64,000 nucleotides of DNA from an uncultured delta proteobacterium. Its GTDB lineage: Bacteria > Desulfobacterota > Binatia > UBA9968. Below are positions 61,357 through 64,000 of this stretch, one piece after another. Position numbers and translations under genes: made by a program. Each line of letters begins with the position of its first letter. Position 1 is the first letter of the stretch. The notes beneath the pieces are model-generated. The model saw only the letters and a program-made list of their open reading frames with translations, had not been told where the DNA came from and made no database searches. The DNA is taken from contig CAVWLW010000069.1 in assembly GCA_963755715.1 (NCBI GenBank), positions 32,001 to 96,000 of the forward strand, read 5' to 3'.

Positions 61357-63147
61357 AGCTGGACCTCCCTCGCCGGAGACAAATAAATTTCATCGATTTC
61401 CTTTTGATAGCGCTGCGCGACTTCTTTGCGATCGACTTTGATTTTCTGAAAGACATTGACGCCGCGCACTTCTGGGGGAAAATCGTCCTTCATGACGACA
61501 AACTTGTGAATTTTCTCGTAGTGCTCCAGCCGCGCGTTGAGCTGCTCGATCCGACTTTGCAGCACGGCTTGCGATATCGGCGTCGGTCAGGGCGGATTCG
61601 CCGAGTCCGAGAGACTCGGCGATGCGTCTGCGTTCGGGCACGAGGAGCACGGCGATAAAGGGTCGATGGTCGCCGAGCAAGACCGCTTGACGGATAAACG
61701 GCTCGTTTTCCAACTGCAGCTCGATGAACGCCGGGTAAATGCTCGATCCGTCCGCGCAATAAAAAATGTCCTTTTTCCGGCCAATGACTCTGAGCGAGCC
61801 GTCGGGCTCAAGGGCGCCCAAGTCGCCCGTGTGGTACCAGCCGTCCGGGTCGAAAACCTCCCGTGTCGCCTCGGGATTCTCAAAATAACCGGGCGAAACC
61901 GTGGGGCCGCGCACGAGGATTTCAGTGTCCGCGGCGATGCGAACTTCGACGTTGGGAAAGGGCTTGCCCAAATTGCCCGGCCGGTTCTCGCCGATGCCGC
62001 AGAGCGTCACACCGCCGCACTCGGTCGAACCGTAGGCGCCGATCAGCGGGATGCCGATCAATTCGAAAAAGCGCATGATCCGCGGCGGCATCGCCGCGCC
62101 GCTGTATGAGATATACTTGATGCGGCCGCCGAGCGCTTTGTGCGCGGTCTTTTTCAGTTCGCTCACGAGCACGTCGAACTTTTCGCGGTCGGCGGCGCCG
62201 AGCCCGTCGGCGCTATTTTTCCGATCGAGCGTCTCGATCATTTCCCAGCGCTGGCGGTTGCCCTCCTGATCGAGCAGGTCGTTCCAGATCCGTTGCATCA
62301 CTCGCGGCACCATCGCCATCGCGGTGCCCGCCAGAGACTCGACCACTTTCAAGTCGAGATCCATCTCCGTCGCTTTGATGATTGCCGTAGTCCGGCCCGT
62401 CACGGCGCTCTTGAGAAAACCAAAGCGCCCAAGCAAATGGTTGAGGCTGAGCACGATGACGAACAAGTCGTCGGGCCGACTGACGATGATCTCGCCGCCG
62501 TTGGTGATGTTCGAGAGCAAGTTATCCTGCGTGCGCATGACGCCTTTTGGTTCGCCGGTCGAACCCGAGGTGTACATAATCGTCGCCAGATCATGCGCGT
62601 GCACTGATTCGAGAATATTCGCCAAGCGCTCGGCGCTGCTGCGCCGGCCTCTTTCAACCAGCTCAGCGAAGCCAATCGTACGCGGCAGATGGGCGCTGCT
62701 TTCTTCCATGACGAAGATATGCGCCAGGGCGGGAAGTTGCCCTTGCAGGTTGAGCAGACGGCCGACAGCCGACGCATTTTCAACAAACGCCGCCCGGCAT
62801 TTCGCGTGGGCGAGCACTTTCAGGAGCATGCTGTCGGACAAGGCCGGCGCAATAACCACGTTCGGGAACCCGCCGGCCAAGGTCGCTAAATCGGCGCACG
62901 CCCGCTGAAGACTGTTTTCGCCGATAATGGCAATGGACTCGCCTCCCGCTAGACCAAGACCGTACAGCGCCAGGAGAATGTTTCGCACCAGGGAGCCAAA
63001 GTCGCGCCAGGAAATCTCCTCCCACCTGCTACCATTTTGAAGCTTCATGAACGTCCGCGCACTGAGCTCTTCGACCCGCCGAAAAAAAATCTCACCGATA
63101 TGGCGTCCATTCGCTGAGGAGTGAAGTTGGACGGTCGGCGCGTTCAT
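61353..63147 (-). CDS. Long-chain acyl-CoA synthetase-like AMP-binding enzyme; frameshift near 61565
   Basis: YTSGSTGEPKG, YGSTE, WYHTGDLG and GRKKD motifs; tail in ORF 61353..61565. Confidence 0.9.
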
Positions 63148-64000
63148 GATGGTTCGAAGTATGCGGGTTCGTGCTTCGACCGCGCCGGATCTTCGATGCG
63201 TTTAAATCCCGCTATTTCGCCGCGGTTTGCGTAGGCGTAGAGGATCGCCTCGGCGATATCGTCCAAATGCGCTTGCAAATATTTGCGCGCCGGGATCGCC
63301 AGGCGTAGCAGTTCGACGCCGCGCGCGGCTTGCCCCGGCGCCGGCGGCGGACCCTTGGTCAATCGAATGCCGGACATGTGATAAATAAATGCCGCCAATG
63401 CCTCGGCGGGAAACTGCGCTGCGCTCAGATGCGGCAGAAATGCTTTGACATCGACAAAGACCGCATGACCGGCGGCGGGTTTGATCAAGGGCACGCCGCC
63501 GTTCAAGCGGCGCCAGAGATAATTCACCTGTCCGACTCGGTCGGTCACGTATGAGTCCGCGGCAAAAATATCGCGCAGCGCCGTCGCCAAAAGCTCCATC
63601 GCGCCGCCGGACAATTGCGCGCCGTCGATAAACGCCTGCATGGCGGCTTTTTGATAAGCGCCTCGGTCGCGCGTCAAGATCAAGCCGCCGGATGAAACCA
63701 AAAAATCCTTGAGCGCGCTCAGGGTGCAGCCGTCCGCCAGCGCGCAAGTTTCTTGCACGATGGAGCGCAGCGTGTGGTTCTGATAGCCGGGCTCGCGCTC
63801 CTTGATCAGGAAACTATTTTCCAGGATGCGGCAAGCGTCGAGAAAAAGCGGAATCTTGTGCGCCGTGGCGAGCGCACGGATATCTCGCAAGTTGGCCAGA
63901 GATACCGGATGGCCGCCACAGGCATTGACGCTGAGCTCGACGTAAATACAACTCACCTTATCGGCGCCCTGCTCGTGAATCAGCGCCGCCAGCTTATCGA
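63144..64000 (-). CDS. Tryptophanase/tyrosine phenol-lyase-like PLP beta-eliminating lyase (partial; 5' end beyond the window)
   Basis: N..GGHPVSLANL, DACRILEN, SALKD, GHAVFVD and ELLRLAIPARKY motifs. Confidence 0.82.
   Translation of the reverse strand, partial: DKLAALIHEQGADKVSCIYVELSVNACGGHPVSLANLRDIRALATAHKIPLFLDACRILENSFLIKEREPGYQNHTLRSIVQETCALADGCTLSALKDFLVSSGGLILTRDRGAYQKAAMQAFIDGAQLSGGAMELLATALRDIFAADSYVTDRVGQVNYLWRRLNGGVPLIKPAAGHAVFVDVKAFLPHLSAAQFPAEALAAFIYHMSGIRLTKGPPPAPGQAARGVELLRLAIPARKYLQAHLDDIAEAILYAYANRGEIAGFKRIEDPARSKHEPAYFEPS

Overview
High-GC bacterial chromosomal window with about 60 genes, mostly metabolic or transport. The many orphan NMT1-type, Fe/thiamine-type and TTT/Bug solute-binding proteins resemble Candidatus Binatia or similar soil lineages, but that taxonomy is only inferred. 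About 17 genes are broken by small frameshifts, most likely assembly errors. Main points: (1) a grdC-grdA pair in which grdA is a selenoprotein missed by the ORF track (in-frame UGA in C-F-V-U followed by a SECIS-like hairpin), with no other grd genes nearby; (2) a 16-kb co-oriented cluster of four exported paralogs of an uncharacterised M29/NicX-like metalloenzyme with a His-enriched metal site, plus an FtsX-type ABC system, an exported M20 amidohydrolase and three SBPs, preceded by a promoter/operator that is duplicated 5.6 kb away; (3) a small GIY-YIG nuclease gene bracketed by inverted REP-like hairpins whose family is dispersed across the window; (4) a hydantoinase A/B operon with a hidden acetone-carboxylase gamma-like subunit; (5) an asmA-family insertion scar with a duplicated gene fragment and a probable restriction-modification remnant. 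No rRNA, tRNA or CRISPR array was seen.
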